Assembly: GCA_965369655.1 (NCBI GenBank)
Contig: CBDUQR010000004.1
Location: 7,951 to 71,950, forward strand
Length of the DNA stretch: 64,000 bases
Reading direction: 5' to 3'
DNA from: an uncultured bacterium
GTDB taxonomy: Bacteria; Zixibacteria; MSB-5A5; JAABVY01; JAHJOQ01
Below, one piece after another: positions 28,210 through 37,422 of this stretch (positions within the stretch are counted from its first letter, which is position 1; each line of letters opens with the position of its first letter). Made by a program: the position numbers and the translations under genes. Under the pieces are notes generated by a model. The model searched no databases and was not told the DNA's origin. It was given only the letters and a program-made list of their open reading frames with translations.

Positions 28210-29352
28210 TCATTTGGCATTCAGGGAGATATCGTAGATGCGGTACCTTTTGTAGACCTTGCTGCCAAGCATCTCGGCTGCGCGATTCATCATCTCGTTA
28301 TCTTCGAGAATCCAGGACATCTCACCCCACTTGTATCCCTTTCTGGCGCCCCTTCTGAATATCTCCAGGTAGAAGATATTGTCGATACCACGCTTCTGAT
28401 AAGACTGCTCGATGCCCATCGTAATCACCCGGACCGAGTTGATCTTGTTCCGGACTTTGGTGTGCCACAGCAACTTGAAGAGACCGAACGGGAATAGTCG
28501 ACCGTTGGCGTACGGCAGCACCTGATTCACATCTGGGAGCGCCAGTTGGAAGCCGACTGGCTTGCCCTCGACCTCGGCGATGAAAACAAGATCCGGATCG
28601 ATGATCTGCTTCATATCTTTGGCAATGTGAAAGAACTCATCCTCGGACATCGGGATGAATCCCCAGTTCTTCTCCCATGCATTATTGTATATCCGGTTGA
28701 TCGCTCTCACTTCGTCGTCGAACTTCTTCATGTTCAAAGTGCGCACGACAACATTGGCTTTGCGTCGAATCCTATCGACAATGCGGACCATCCGTTCAGG
28801 CGGCTCGTCATATTCAGTGATCTTGTACGCGAGCAAATCTTTCGCCTTGGTCAGACCGAATCTCTCGAAAAATCCGGGATAGTAATCGGGATTATATATC
28901 ATGTTTATCATGGGCGGCAAATCAAAGGCGTCGATCAGCGCTCCGACCTCATAGTTGGTCGACAGATTCACAGGTCCGCGCATTTTGTCGAGGCTCTGGG
29001 ACTTGAGATGAATCATCGCCACTTTCAGCAGCTTGCGAGCAACATTGTAGTCGTTCACAGATTCGAAGAACCCGAAGAACCCGATATTTTCGTCGTGGAA
29101 ACTGTTGTGGCTGTGATTTACTATCGCCGCAATCCTTCCGACCATCTCGTTCTGATAGTGCGCCGTGTAGAGCTTGATCGTGGCAGAGCGGAAAAACGGG
29201 TTCTTCCTGCTGCCAAGCATCGCCTTGACGGATGATATAAGCGGAGGCACCCAGTTCGGATTGCCCCTGTAAATCTTCCAGGGGAGTTTTATGAATGCAG
29301 AAAGCTGCGAGCGGTTCTCGACCTCTCTGATTTCAATATCGTCGTAGTTCAT
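28210..29352 (-). CDS. GNAT-fold acyltransferase, FemAB/BioF2-associated type (candidate N-acyltransferase)
   Basis: 380 aa, immediately downstream of an alpha-oxoamine synthase gene (classic BioF2-like acetyltransferase context); two-lobed GNAT-like composition. Confidence 0.6.
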   Translation of the reverse strand: MNYDDIEIREVENRSQLSAFIKLPWKIYRGNPNWVPPLISSVKAMLGSRKNPFFRSATIKLYTAHYQNEMVGRIAAIVNHSHNSFHDENIGFFGFFESVNDYNVARKLLKVAMIHLKSQSLDKMRGPVNLSTNYEVGALIDAFDLPPMINMIYNPDYYPGFFERFGLTKAKDLLAYKITEYDEPPERMVRIVDRIRRKANVVVRTLNMKKFDDEVRAINRIYNNAWEKNWGFIPMSEDEFFHIAKDMKQIIDPDLVFIAEVEGKPVGFQLALPDVNQVLPYANGRLFPFGLFKLLWHTKVRNKINSVRVITMGIEQSYQKRGIDNIFYLEIFRRGARKGYKWGEMSWILEDNEMMNRAAEMLGSKVYKRYRIYDISLNAK

Positions 29353-29362
29353 TCGACAGGCA

Positions 29363-30577
29363 TCAGATAACGCCCAACTCGCGTCCTACGCTTCCGAAGA
29401 TATCGAGGACCTTGTCGAGTTCCTCGTCAGTGTGCGTAGCTGTGTAGGATGTTCGTATCAGGGCTTGCCCCGGAGGTACCGCAGGCGGGATAATCGGGTT
29501 GGCAAATATGCCTGCTTTCGAGAGGGATTTCCAGAACTTGAAACAGTCCATATCATCGCCGATGTTGATCGGGATAATCGGAGTTTCGGTCAGCCCTATA
29601 TCGAACCCGAGCGCCCTGAACCCCTCGTGCATTTTTCGGGTGTTCTCCCATAGCCGCTCTCTGCGCTCCGGCTCGGTCCTGATTATCCGCAATGCTTCTC
29701 GAACACCCGCGACAGCGGCAGGCGGCATCGAAGCTGAAAATATGAGTTCACGCGCTTTGTGCTTGATGTAGTTTACGATCTCGAACGAGCCTGCGATATA
29801 TCCGCCGAGCGATGCGAACGACTTGGAGAATGTCCCCATGATAATATCGACTCGTTCTTCGATATCGAAATGCTCAGCCGTGCCTCGGCCTCCCAGACCG
29901 AGCACCCCGACGGCGTGCGCATCATCGACCATCACACCCGCGCCATACTCCTCGGCGACCTCGATGAGTTCGGGAAGCTTCGCGATATCACCTTCCATCG
30001 AGAACACGCCATCCACTACGATAAACCTGCCGCCAGAGCATTCCACATTGCGCAGTACACGCGCAAGATCGTCCATGTCGTTATGGGCGAATTTGTACGT
30101 CTTGCCGAATGCAAGGCGAGTACCGTCGACGATCGAAGCGTGATCGGTCCTGTCTATGAAAATCGTGTCACGTTTGTCGACTATGCACGAGATTGCACCG
30201 AGATTCGCCTGGAATCCGGTCGAGAAGACCAGCGCGGCTTCCTTGTTGAGGAAATCAGCCAATTCATCTTCGAGGCTTACGTGTATGTCGAGCGTACCGT
30301 TGAGATACCTCGATCCGGTGCACCCGGAGCCGTACTTCTCGACCGCCTTAATGCAGGCTTCCTTGACCCTCGGGTCAGTCGTCAGACCGAGGTAGTTGTT
30401 CGATCCGATCATGATCTGCTCAGTGCCGTCGATCATGACCGAGTGGGCGGGAGCAGATGATATGGGGCGAAAATAGGGGTAATACCCCATCGCCATAACT
30501 TCTTGTGGCCGAGTGAAATCAGCGCATTTCTGGAACAATGGCTTCGTAATTTTTTCTTGTTTGCTATATGTTTTCAT
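29363..30577 (-). CDS. alpha-oxoamine synthase family PLP enzyme (serine palmitoyltransferase / 8-amino-7-oxononanoate synthase-like)
   Basis: PLP lysine context GTFSKSFASLGGY, DDAHAVGVLG, GxxYPYF N-terminus. Start taken at MKTYSKQEK (30577); the TTG at 30616 would overlap the divergent gene. Confidence 0.8.
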   Translation of the reverse strand: MKTYSKQEKITKPLFQKCADFTRPQEVMAMGYYPYFRPISSAPAHSVMIDGTEQIMIGSNNYLGLTTDPRVKEACIKAVEKYGSGCTGSRYLNGTLDIHVSLEDELADFLNKEAALVFSTGFQANLGAISCIVDKRDTIFIDRTDHASIVDGTRLAFGKTYKFAHNDMDDLARVLRNVECSGGRFIVVDGVFSMEGDIAKLPELIEVAEEYGAGVMVDDAHAVGVLGLGGRGTAEHFDIEERVDIIMGTFSKSFASLGGYIAGSFEIVNYIKHKARELIFSASMPPAAVAGVREALRIIRTEPERRERLWENTRKMHEGFRALGFDIGLTETPIIPINIGDDMDCFKFWKSLSKAGIFANPIIPPAVPPGQALIRTSYTATHTDEELDKVLDIFGSVGRELGVI

Positions 30578-30583
30578 ACTTAT

Positions 30584-31651
30584 ATGGGTCCATGTGAAAA
30601 GCAAACTAACCGTCAATTGGGACCATTGTCAAGAGAAAAGCTTGTGAATACAGGTGGAAATGCAAATCGAAAAAGCGTGCTGATCACCGGAGTGACAGGT
30701 TTCGTTGGAAGTCATCTGGCGGATACATTCGTAAGGTCTGGCTATGCCGTTACAGGCATGCTCAGGGAAACTTCCAGCCGAAAATTTATCGAACATCTCG
30801 ACATCGATCTCAGGTTCGGCGATCTCGGCAAACCGGAGACTCTCGGGTCCGTTGTCGAGGGCCATGACTATATTGTTCATCCTGCCGGGTTGATTATGGC
30901 AAAATCGGCGGATGAGTTCATGCGCGCGAATCGTGACGGCACGAGATTCTTACTGGAGGCAGCAAGAGAGCGATGCCCCGGTCTGAAGAGATTCGTGTAT
31001 ATCTCCTCGCAGGCAGCAGCCGGTCCGTCAGACTCGACATCAGGGAATGACGAGACAGTACCGCCGCATCCGGTGTCGGATTACGGCAGGAGCAAACTGG
31101 CTGGAGAAATTGAATGCCTGAAGCTCAAAGATCAGTTCGCTGTCACTATCGTGCGCCCTCCGGCTGTCTATGGTCCGCGCGATGATGGCGTGCTGGCGTT
31201 TTTCAAGATCGTGAAATCGGGATGGTACTGGAAACTCGGTCGGAAAGAGCGGTATGCGTCTATAGTCTTCGTGAAAGACCTCGCCAAAATGATCCTGGCG
31301 GCTGTCGAATCTGATGTTGCGTCCGGAGAGGTGTTTTTCGCCGCCAATCCGGGGCCACTCTCGATCTGGGACATCCAGAAAATGATCGCCTCTGTGATGA
31401 AGGTCGAGGTGAAGCCGCTCCTGACGCCGATATGGCTGGTGCGAGCTATGGTACCGCTCGATGCGTTCGGTTCGATGCTCACCGGCAAAGCTCGTGGCCT
31501 GACAGCCGATAAAATACGGGAGCTTTTACATCAATACTGGATTTGCGACTCGTCTAAGGCAGAGCGTCTTCTTGGATGGAAAGCGGAAACACCGCTCGAA
31601 GATGGCATTGCAGAAACAATCGAGTGGTACGAACGGAACAGGTGGCTCTGA
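30584..31651 (+). CDS. NAD-dependent epimerase/dehydratase-family SDR (candidate reductase)
   Basis: Rossmann VLITGVTGFVGSHL, catalytic YxxxK (SDYGRSK); start moved to ATG 30584 to avoid a long divergent overlap. Confidence 0.75.
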   Translation: MGPCEKQTNRQLGPLSREKLVNTGGNANRKSVLITGVTGFVGSHLADTFVRSGYAVTGMLRETSSRKFIEHLDIDLRFGDLGKPETLGSVVEGHDYIVHPAGLIMAKSADEFMRANRDGTRFLLEAARERCPGLKRFVYISSQAAAGPSDSTSGNDETVPPHPVSDYGRSKLAGEIECLKLKDQFAVTIVRPPAVYGPRDDGVLAFFKIVKSGWYWKLGRKERYASIVFVKDLAKMILAAVESDVASGEVFFAANPGPLSIWDIQKMIASVMKVEVKPLLTPIWLVRAMVPLDAFGSMLTGKARGLTADKIRELLHQYWICDSSKAERLLGWKAETPLEDGIAETIEWYERNRWL

Positions 31652-32076
31652 TGTTTGGGATGCCGACAGGTATATTCCTCGAGACGGCTGGAGCTGCATC
31701 TGCGGTCCTGATCGTCATCGTCCTGATTCAGCTCTGGCTGGAGAAAATAATCGGATTCTACAGCCTTATCCCCGAGGAATTGCGAGAAGAGAGGGGCAGG
31801 TCGTGGATCGTGATTCTGCTTGCAGCCGAGATCATTGTATTCGCGGTTGGACCGACACTTTTCTACTATTGGATCTATGCCGTCCTGCCATTTTTCAGCT
31901 ACCGCGCCGGTGTCGCTGTAGGCATCTTCCTGTATCTGTTCGGAGTGCTGCCGTTCGCAATCGGCCTGGTTCTGCGAATGAAACTCCCCGGCGGCATGAT
32001 GGTTTTCACGTTCTTCTTCACCATCCTGAAACTCGTTGCATGCTGGGGGATGGTGACATACGTGATGAATATTTAA
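31651..32076 (+). CDS. small integral membrane protein (about 4 TM helices), translationally coupled to the SDR gene (TGATG)
   Basis: Start ATG overlaps the SDR stop; highly hydrophobic (LIVIVLIQLWL, WIYAVLPFFSY, FGVLPFAIGLVL). Confidence 0.5.
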   Translation: MFGMPTGIFLETAGAASAVLIVIVLIQLWLEKIIGFYSLIPEELREERGRSWIVILLAAEIIVFAVGPTLFYYWIYAVLPFFSYRAGVAVGIFLYLFGVLPFAIGLVLRMKLPGGMMVFTFFFTILKLVACWGMVTYVMNI

Positions 32077-32195
32077 TTCTCTTTCTGCGCCAAGAAAACA
32101 CCACCGAGTACCAATAGCCCGCCCACTCCAATGTCGATAGAATCGCATCCGTAAATGCGATGCTCATGTCGTGTACGGTTGTATCGAATTCAGTA

Positions 32196-34832
32196 TCATG
32201 TCCGATGCAAATCCAGCAATGTGCGCATTTCAGGGTGACTTCGAAGCGGCGCCCATCGTGGGTGAAGCCTGATTTCTGCGATGGATAATGGCGACGGCAT
32301 CGCGAGCAATTGTTCGACCAAATCCATTGCCTGCTCGTACTCCCCTATCCACACATATACGAGGCAAAGATCGCGCATCAGATCGCTTCCCTTGTACGCA
32401 TCCGTCGATACTGGGAGTTCACTCGTCGCTTCTCTACCAAGTCGGATGGCGTCGGCTTTTCTACCGAGTCCGGCCAGCGTTCTGGCAAGCGCCATCTTCG
32501 TCTCGGCTTGTTCCTCACCCGTATGCTCGAGTAGAAGCTCGGCTTCGAAGCATGCTCGCGCAGAATCATAGAATATCCGGCTATTTTCACGATCGCCGGA
32601 ATAGAGATAGACCCTTCCAAAGTGAGAGTAGTATGAACCGCTGTCGGCGGCGGTTTTTAGATGATCGATTTGTCTTTCCTCACGGCGAAAAGCTGTTTCC
32701 CAATCTCCCACTGTCACATCAAGCTGCCACAACTCGTATCTTATATCGCTCGGATCAATCTTCCCGTAGCTGTCTTCGATCGTGATACGTGCTCGCACCG
32801 TATCACCCATGGAGAGTCCTTGTATCAACGCCTTTGTGCCCCATCCCCATGCGAAATCCGGGTAAAGCGACAGGATGCGGTCGATCTCGTTGAGCGCTGC
32901 GTCGTATCGGCGCATATATGCGTTTGATATAACCAGGTTTGCCGACTTGGATATCGAACGGGGATCGAGTGTCACGGCCTGTTGCAACAGGTCAAGAGTC
33001 TCATACCACTCGCCCTGTCGTCTCTTCACATAGGCTACTGCGCTCAGGAGCTCGCTGTTGCCCGGTTGGATGGCAAGCGCATGCGAGAACTCCTCAAGCG
33101 CGAGATCATAATCTCGACCAGCATAGTAATAACAATAGCCGAGCGCAAGATGACCGTCCGCAAGAGTCGGATCGAGAATCAGCGCTCTGCCTGCTGCGAC
33201 TCTGGCCTTTCCGATTCGCTCAGGCGTACGGTCTTTACAGGACCAGTAAACGTAGGAATGCACTTGGGAAAGCCCGGCGTAGGCAAGTGCGTAACCCGGA
33301 TCCAGTTCAATCGCTTTCTCAAACATCTCCTCAGCAAATTCAAACTCGTGGCGATCATCATATTCGAGCCCGCGGAGATAGAAATCGTGAGCCTCAATGT
33401 TGTCGGTCGGCCTGGATTCAAGCGCCTGGCGTTCAGGTTCGAGAATCGCGATGTCAAGCGCTTCAGCTATCCTTTCCGCAATGTCCGACTGGACAACGAA
33501 GATTTCAGTCAGTTCTTTTTCGTAGCTTTCTGACCAGATATGTCGATCTTCATCCACCCTTATGAGCTGAGATGTAATCCTGACCCGGTCGACACTCGCA
33601 GTCTTATCCCAAAGGATAGACCCTTCGAGCACGTAATCCACACCAAGCTCTCCCGCTATTTCCGGTAAGGTCTTGTCCGAGTTTGTGTACGCACTGGCGC
33701 TTTTTCCAGAGGTTACTCCGAGGTCGATGAGGGTCGTGAGCTTTGATCTGATCTCCTCCGTCATGCCTGCAGCGAAGTAGTCGTTTTCGGCCGGACCGAG
33801 GTTTTCGAATGGCAGTACCGCTATCATCATCCGGGAAAAAATCGTTTTGTCGGAATCGCTGCCGGAGAATTTGATAACCGCTATGATGGCTGCAATGGCG
33901 AGCAGAGTGACACCGATCAGCAGGTACTTCGGCACCCGAATCGTCCCATTGGACAAGGCTTCAGGCTCCTGTGATCCCTTTAGCCGCTTCAGATCGGCAA
34001 CGACGTCGGATGCAGTCTGATATCGCAGGGAAGAATCCTTGTCGAGCAGTTTTGTGATGATCCTCTGAAGTTTATCTGACGCTCTTCTCGTGTATTTCGC
34101 CAGAGGCTCCGGGTCATCGCTGAGAATCGAGTACATAGTTGCCTGATCGGAATCCCTCATGAATGGCGACTTGCCGGTGGTCATTTCATACATCAATACG
34201 CCCAGCGAGAACAGATCCGACCGCTCGTCAGTCTGTCCCGGCTTGATCTGTTCCGGCGACATATAACCGGTCGTGCCGAACATGGAGCCGGTCTTAGTCA
34301 GTTTCTCCGAACCCTTGACGGCTGCAAGTCCAAAGTCGAGCAGTATCGGACGCCCGTTTGTGTCAACAATGATGTTGGATGGCTTGATATCCCGATGCAG
34401 CACTCCTGCACTATGAGCCTCATGCAGACCCTCACAGATCTGTGTCGAGAGATCGATGACTTCGTTCTGAGTAAGTTCTCCCTGCTCGATGATGTCCGCC
34501 AGTGACTGACCAGTAACATGCCGCATTGCGAAGAAGGGTCGATTTTCATGCTCGCCGACCTCATGGATTGTCACGATATTCGGATGATCCAGTTTGGCCG
34601 CAGCCTGTGCCTCACGCTTGAAGCGAGACCTGTATTCTTCATCCTGGCAGAGGATTGACGAGAGGAACTTCAGGGCAACCTGTCTGTCTAGGCCGATGTC
34701 ATCGGCAAGGAAAACCTCACCCATCCCGCCTGATCCGATTTTCTCTACAATCCTGTAGTGCGATACGACTGTACCGGCTGCAAGGATTCGATGTGATTCC
34801 GTCTGGTCATCCCTACGATGGTCAGAAGCCAT
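32196..34832 (-). CDS. Ser/Thr protein kinase with central TM segment and C-terminal TPR repeat domain
   Basis: GSGGMGEVF, VALK, HRDIKPSNII, DFG; then TM (LLIGVTLLAIAAIIAVI) and multiple TPR-like repeats. Confidence 0.85.
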   Translation of the reverse strand: MASDHRRDDQTESHRILAAGTVVSHYRIVEKIGSGGMGEVFLADDIGLDRQVALKFLSSILCQDEEYRSRFKREAQAAAKLDHPNIVTIHEVGEHENRPFFAMRHVTGQSLADIIEQGELTQNEVIDLSTQICEGLHEAHSAGVLHRDIKPSNIIVDTNGRPILLDFGLAAVKGSEKLTKTGSMFGTTGYMSPEQIKPGQTDERSDLFSLGVLMYEMTTGKSPFMRDSDQATMYSILSDDPEPLAKYTRRASDKLQRIITKLLDKDSSLRYQTASDVVADLKRLKGSQEPEALSNGTIRVPKYLLIGVTLLAIAAIIAVIKFSGSDSDKTIFSRMMIAVLPFENLGPAENDYFAAGMTEEIRSKLTTLIDLGVTSGKSASAYTNSDKTLPEIAGELGVDYVLEGSILWDKTASVDRVRITSQLIRVDEDRHIWSESYEKELTEIFVVQSDIAERIAEALDIAILEPERQALESRPTDNIEAHDFYLRGLEYDDRHEFEFAEEMFEKAIELDPGYALAYAGLSQVHSYVYWSCKDRTPERIGKARVAAGRALILDPTLADGHLALGYCYYYAGRDYDLALEEFSHALAIQPGNSELLSAVAYVKRRQGEWYETLDLLQQAVTLDPRSISKSANLVISNAYMRRYDAALNEIDRILSLYPDFAWGWGTKALIQGLSMGDTVRARITIEDSYGKIDPSDIRYELWQLDVTVGDWETAFRREERQIDHLKTAADSGSYYSHFGRVYLYSGDRENSRIFYDSARACFEAELLLEHTGEEQAETKMALARTLAGLGRKADAIRLGREATSELPVSTDAYKGSDLMRDLCLVYVWIGEYEQAMDLVEQLLAMPSPLSIAEIRLHPRWAPLRSHPEMRTLLDLHRT

Positions 34833-35159
34833 CAGACCGCTCCCGGATTATGAACAGAAAATGCGCATAGTTGTCGATCGGACTCAATATATGTCGATCA
34901 CAAATCACTATCAACAGCAAACTGTAGCACAATGGTGACACTTAGTGTGCCAGATACAGTTATCGGCTGAAACACCCGCTTGTCTGAAGCGGTTCAATGT
35001 TGTATTGTTGTCGATTGTGATAGCGGAGGAACACATAGAGAGAGGTTCTCAAAAGCTATTGATGGACAAGTTTGCTGTGGGAAGGATAAGATTGTCGTCG
35101 GGAATCGTATGGCAAAACCCTTTAGCGGTTCTGCCATCCTATCAAGACGACTGAACCAC

Positions 35160-35262
35160 TCCGTTTCACTACCCTTCGCAGGGCTCAGGACTTCGCGGGT
35201 TCATCCCTACTCGACTATTAAGACCCCACTCGCCGCTAAACTCTGAGTGGGCTACGGAATCT
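35160..35262. repeat. REP-like modules (cccttcgcagggctcaggac; ctctgagtgggctacggaat)
   Basis: Second copy of the gggctacggaat module at 36262-36292. Confidence 0.5.
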
Positions 35263-36212
35263 GCTCGACTACCTCCGACAGATTGAGCTTGACACAATGG
35301 TCTGCAATCGAATTATTTATCAAAGCTATAATCGTGCGCTTGAGTACGTTCCGGAAGCCTGCTAAGAGTAAGGACTAAACTATGATTGCCAAGTATGTGA
35401 TTGCTTGGCATTGGCCGGGGGGAATTCAATTTCCAGAATCTACAGGGTGATCGGGAGGTGAGAGAATGCTAAGAAGATCACATGTGATATGCGCGCTGTT
35501 GCCTGTCAGGAAATGCCCTGTATTAGGTCGCACTAACCGTCTGAGGGTTGTCTCGGTATGTGTCATATATCTCTTCCTTTGTTCCATTTATGGCACTGTC
35601 GCGTGTGCTCAATCTGATCATCCCAAGAGCAACCTGCATGCAGGTCTAGGACTAATGACAAGTCCCAAGCTATATGATGAATGTCGTGCAGGTGGGTGGC
35701 TCAATGTCGAAACTGGCCTCACCTTGAGTTTTTCGAAGAATATATCTCTCCTTCCCAGATTATGTATTCTATCTAACCAATCTTATAGAATTCGATTTGC
35801 GATCATTCCTGAAATCGGGACGCGTTTCAGCATTCCCTTGGGCCCAGATGCTGTTTTCTGCGGTGTACAAGTCGGGGTGGTGTTACACCAAGGAGAATTG
35901 AATCGATTGGAACTGGTTTCGGGCGGTCTCTCGTTCTGCGCAGGTATGGGTTGTTCTTGTCTTGATTTCTGCGAGTTTGAGATGTTTTGTCGCCATATGC
36001 CATTGAAAAATGTTGGTCAAAATTCTGATCATGTTCCCTGGGGCAACGCATTGCCAACATCTGAAACTTCTAACTTTGGTGACTTTGGATTTGTGGTTCG
36101 ATTCCTATTGCCGTTACAACTCTGATCGTAATCTCTTTTTCGTTGAGTCGGGTCTTGGTCGCACGGAGCGTGAGTGTGACCTGACACGTTCTGCAATCGA
36201 TTCCATTATCCG

Positions 36213-36292
36213 GCAGTTCACACGCCCGCCTCCGGCGAACGCAAGAACTGCCGGAACGGATACACCCGCCGTTGCACTCTGGGTGGGCTACG
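36213..36292. repeat. REP-like modules (cagttcacacgcccgcc hairpin and cactctgggtgggctacggaat)
   Basis: Copies at 13299-13346 and 35226-35262. Confidence 0.5.
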
Positions 36293-36345
36293 GAATATGA
36301 AGATGGGGCAAACGAGAAGAGGTTGTCTTATAAGTCCTGGTCTTC

Positions 36346-36459
36346 AGTAGGTCGGCGTTCCGCAGCAGGCGAAGCCTGCAAGAAACCCGACTCTCGGATA
36401 ACAAGATAGAAGTGTCGCGTTTCTCACCCCGCACCGCGGGGTTCGGAACACGACCTACT
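36346..36459. repeat. 114-nt element bounded by 16-bp terminal inverted repeats (agtaggtcggcgttcc / ggaacacgacctact), with two internal hairpins; copy A. Possible structured RNA or MITE/REP module
   Basis: ~90% identical to 60726-60839. All differences that fall in stems are compensatory (gcagg/cctgc vs gcaag/cttgc; cccgc-acc-gcggg vs ctgat-tac-atcag). Confidence 0.8.
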
Positions 36460-36499
36460 TCTGAGATGGCCTCAGGACGTCTGTCGCCCACAAAAAGAA

Positions 36500-37390
36500 T
36501 CATGGATGCGTTCGTTTCAAACGCAGTTTGTTCGAGGGCAACGCCGAGACTATCATCGCGATCACGATCAGCGAGCCGCCAAGAATGTGGGCTGCGGCGA
36601 CTTGTTCACCGCCGACAGTCCATGCGAACAGCGCCGCAAAGACAGGTTCCAGCGCGAATATCAGCGAGACGCGTACCGCCGCTACGATACGCTGCGCCGT
36701 CATCTGGATCACGAATGCTGAGAGTGTCGGAAATATCGCGAGGAACAGAACAGCGCCGACTGTCTCAGTTGTGCCGACATTGAACGACAAACCGAATGTC
36801 ACCCCGCAGATCAAACTCGCTACCCCCACGAAAAGAAATTGCTGGAATGCTAACACATACGGATTGATACCGCGCTTTGCATACCTGTCGACCAGCAATA
36901 TGTGAATGGCGTATGTCATCGCGGTGATCAATGTCAGGAGATCGCCACGGTTGGCATGGACGAGTCCTCCTGTCAGGAACCACAACCCGGCCAGCGAGAA
37001 TAGCACCGCACCGCTGTCTTTGAGCGATGGTTTCCTTCTGAACAGGAGCAATGAGAATACCGGCACGAATGCGACGAACAGCCCTGTGATGAATGCCGAG
37101 TTGGATGCGGTCGTGAACTTGAGTCCGATCGTCTGAGGAACATAAAGAAGCCATAGAAAAAATCCGAGCAGGAAACCTGTTCCGAGATTGGGGAAAAGAG
37201 GTATCCGTTTCGCTTTCAGAAACGCAGCGAGGACGATCGCAGCGAATGTGAACCTGTATCCGACAAGGATGACTGGGTCTATGTGGTCAAGGCTCGCCTT
37301 GACGATGACGAATGTCGATCCCCAGATCGCCGCGGCATATACTAGGCCGACATGCGACAGGACATTCGATGCTTTGCGCTCTCCAACCAT
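36500..37390 (-). CDS. EamA/DMT-superfamily transporter
   Basis: Ten predicted TM helices with two EamA-like halves (AIWGSTFVIVK...; GLWFLTGG...). Confidence 0.8.
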   Translation of the reverse strand: MVGERKASNVLSHVGLVYAAAIWGSTFVIVKASLDHIDPVILVGYRFTFAAIVLAAFLKAKRIPLFPNLGTGFLLGFFLWLLYVPQTIGLKFTTASNSAFITGLFVAFVPVFSLLLFRRKPSLKDSGAVLFSLAGLWFLTGGLVHANRGDLLTLITAMTYAIHILLVDRYAKRGINPYVLAFQQFLFVGVASLICGVTFGLSFNVGTTETVGAVLFLAIFPTLSAFVIQMTAQRIVAAVRVSLIFALEPVFAALFAWTVGGEQVAAAHILGGSLIVIAMIVSALPSNKLRLKRTHP

Positions 37391-37422
37391 CAGTCCATAC
37401 TCACCGGATATGCTGATCGCGA

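Noticed and set aside
35289-35332. TTGACA ... TATAAT pair upstream of the non-coding region
   Set aside because: The hexamers are 32 nt apart, which is not a functional sigma70 spacing. I did not call it as a promoter.
35466-36125. 219-aa ORF in the large intergenic gap
   Set aside because: Rare-codon usage and a low-complexity, Cys/Phe-rich translation. It overlaps several repeat modules, so I treat it as non-coding.
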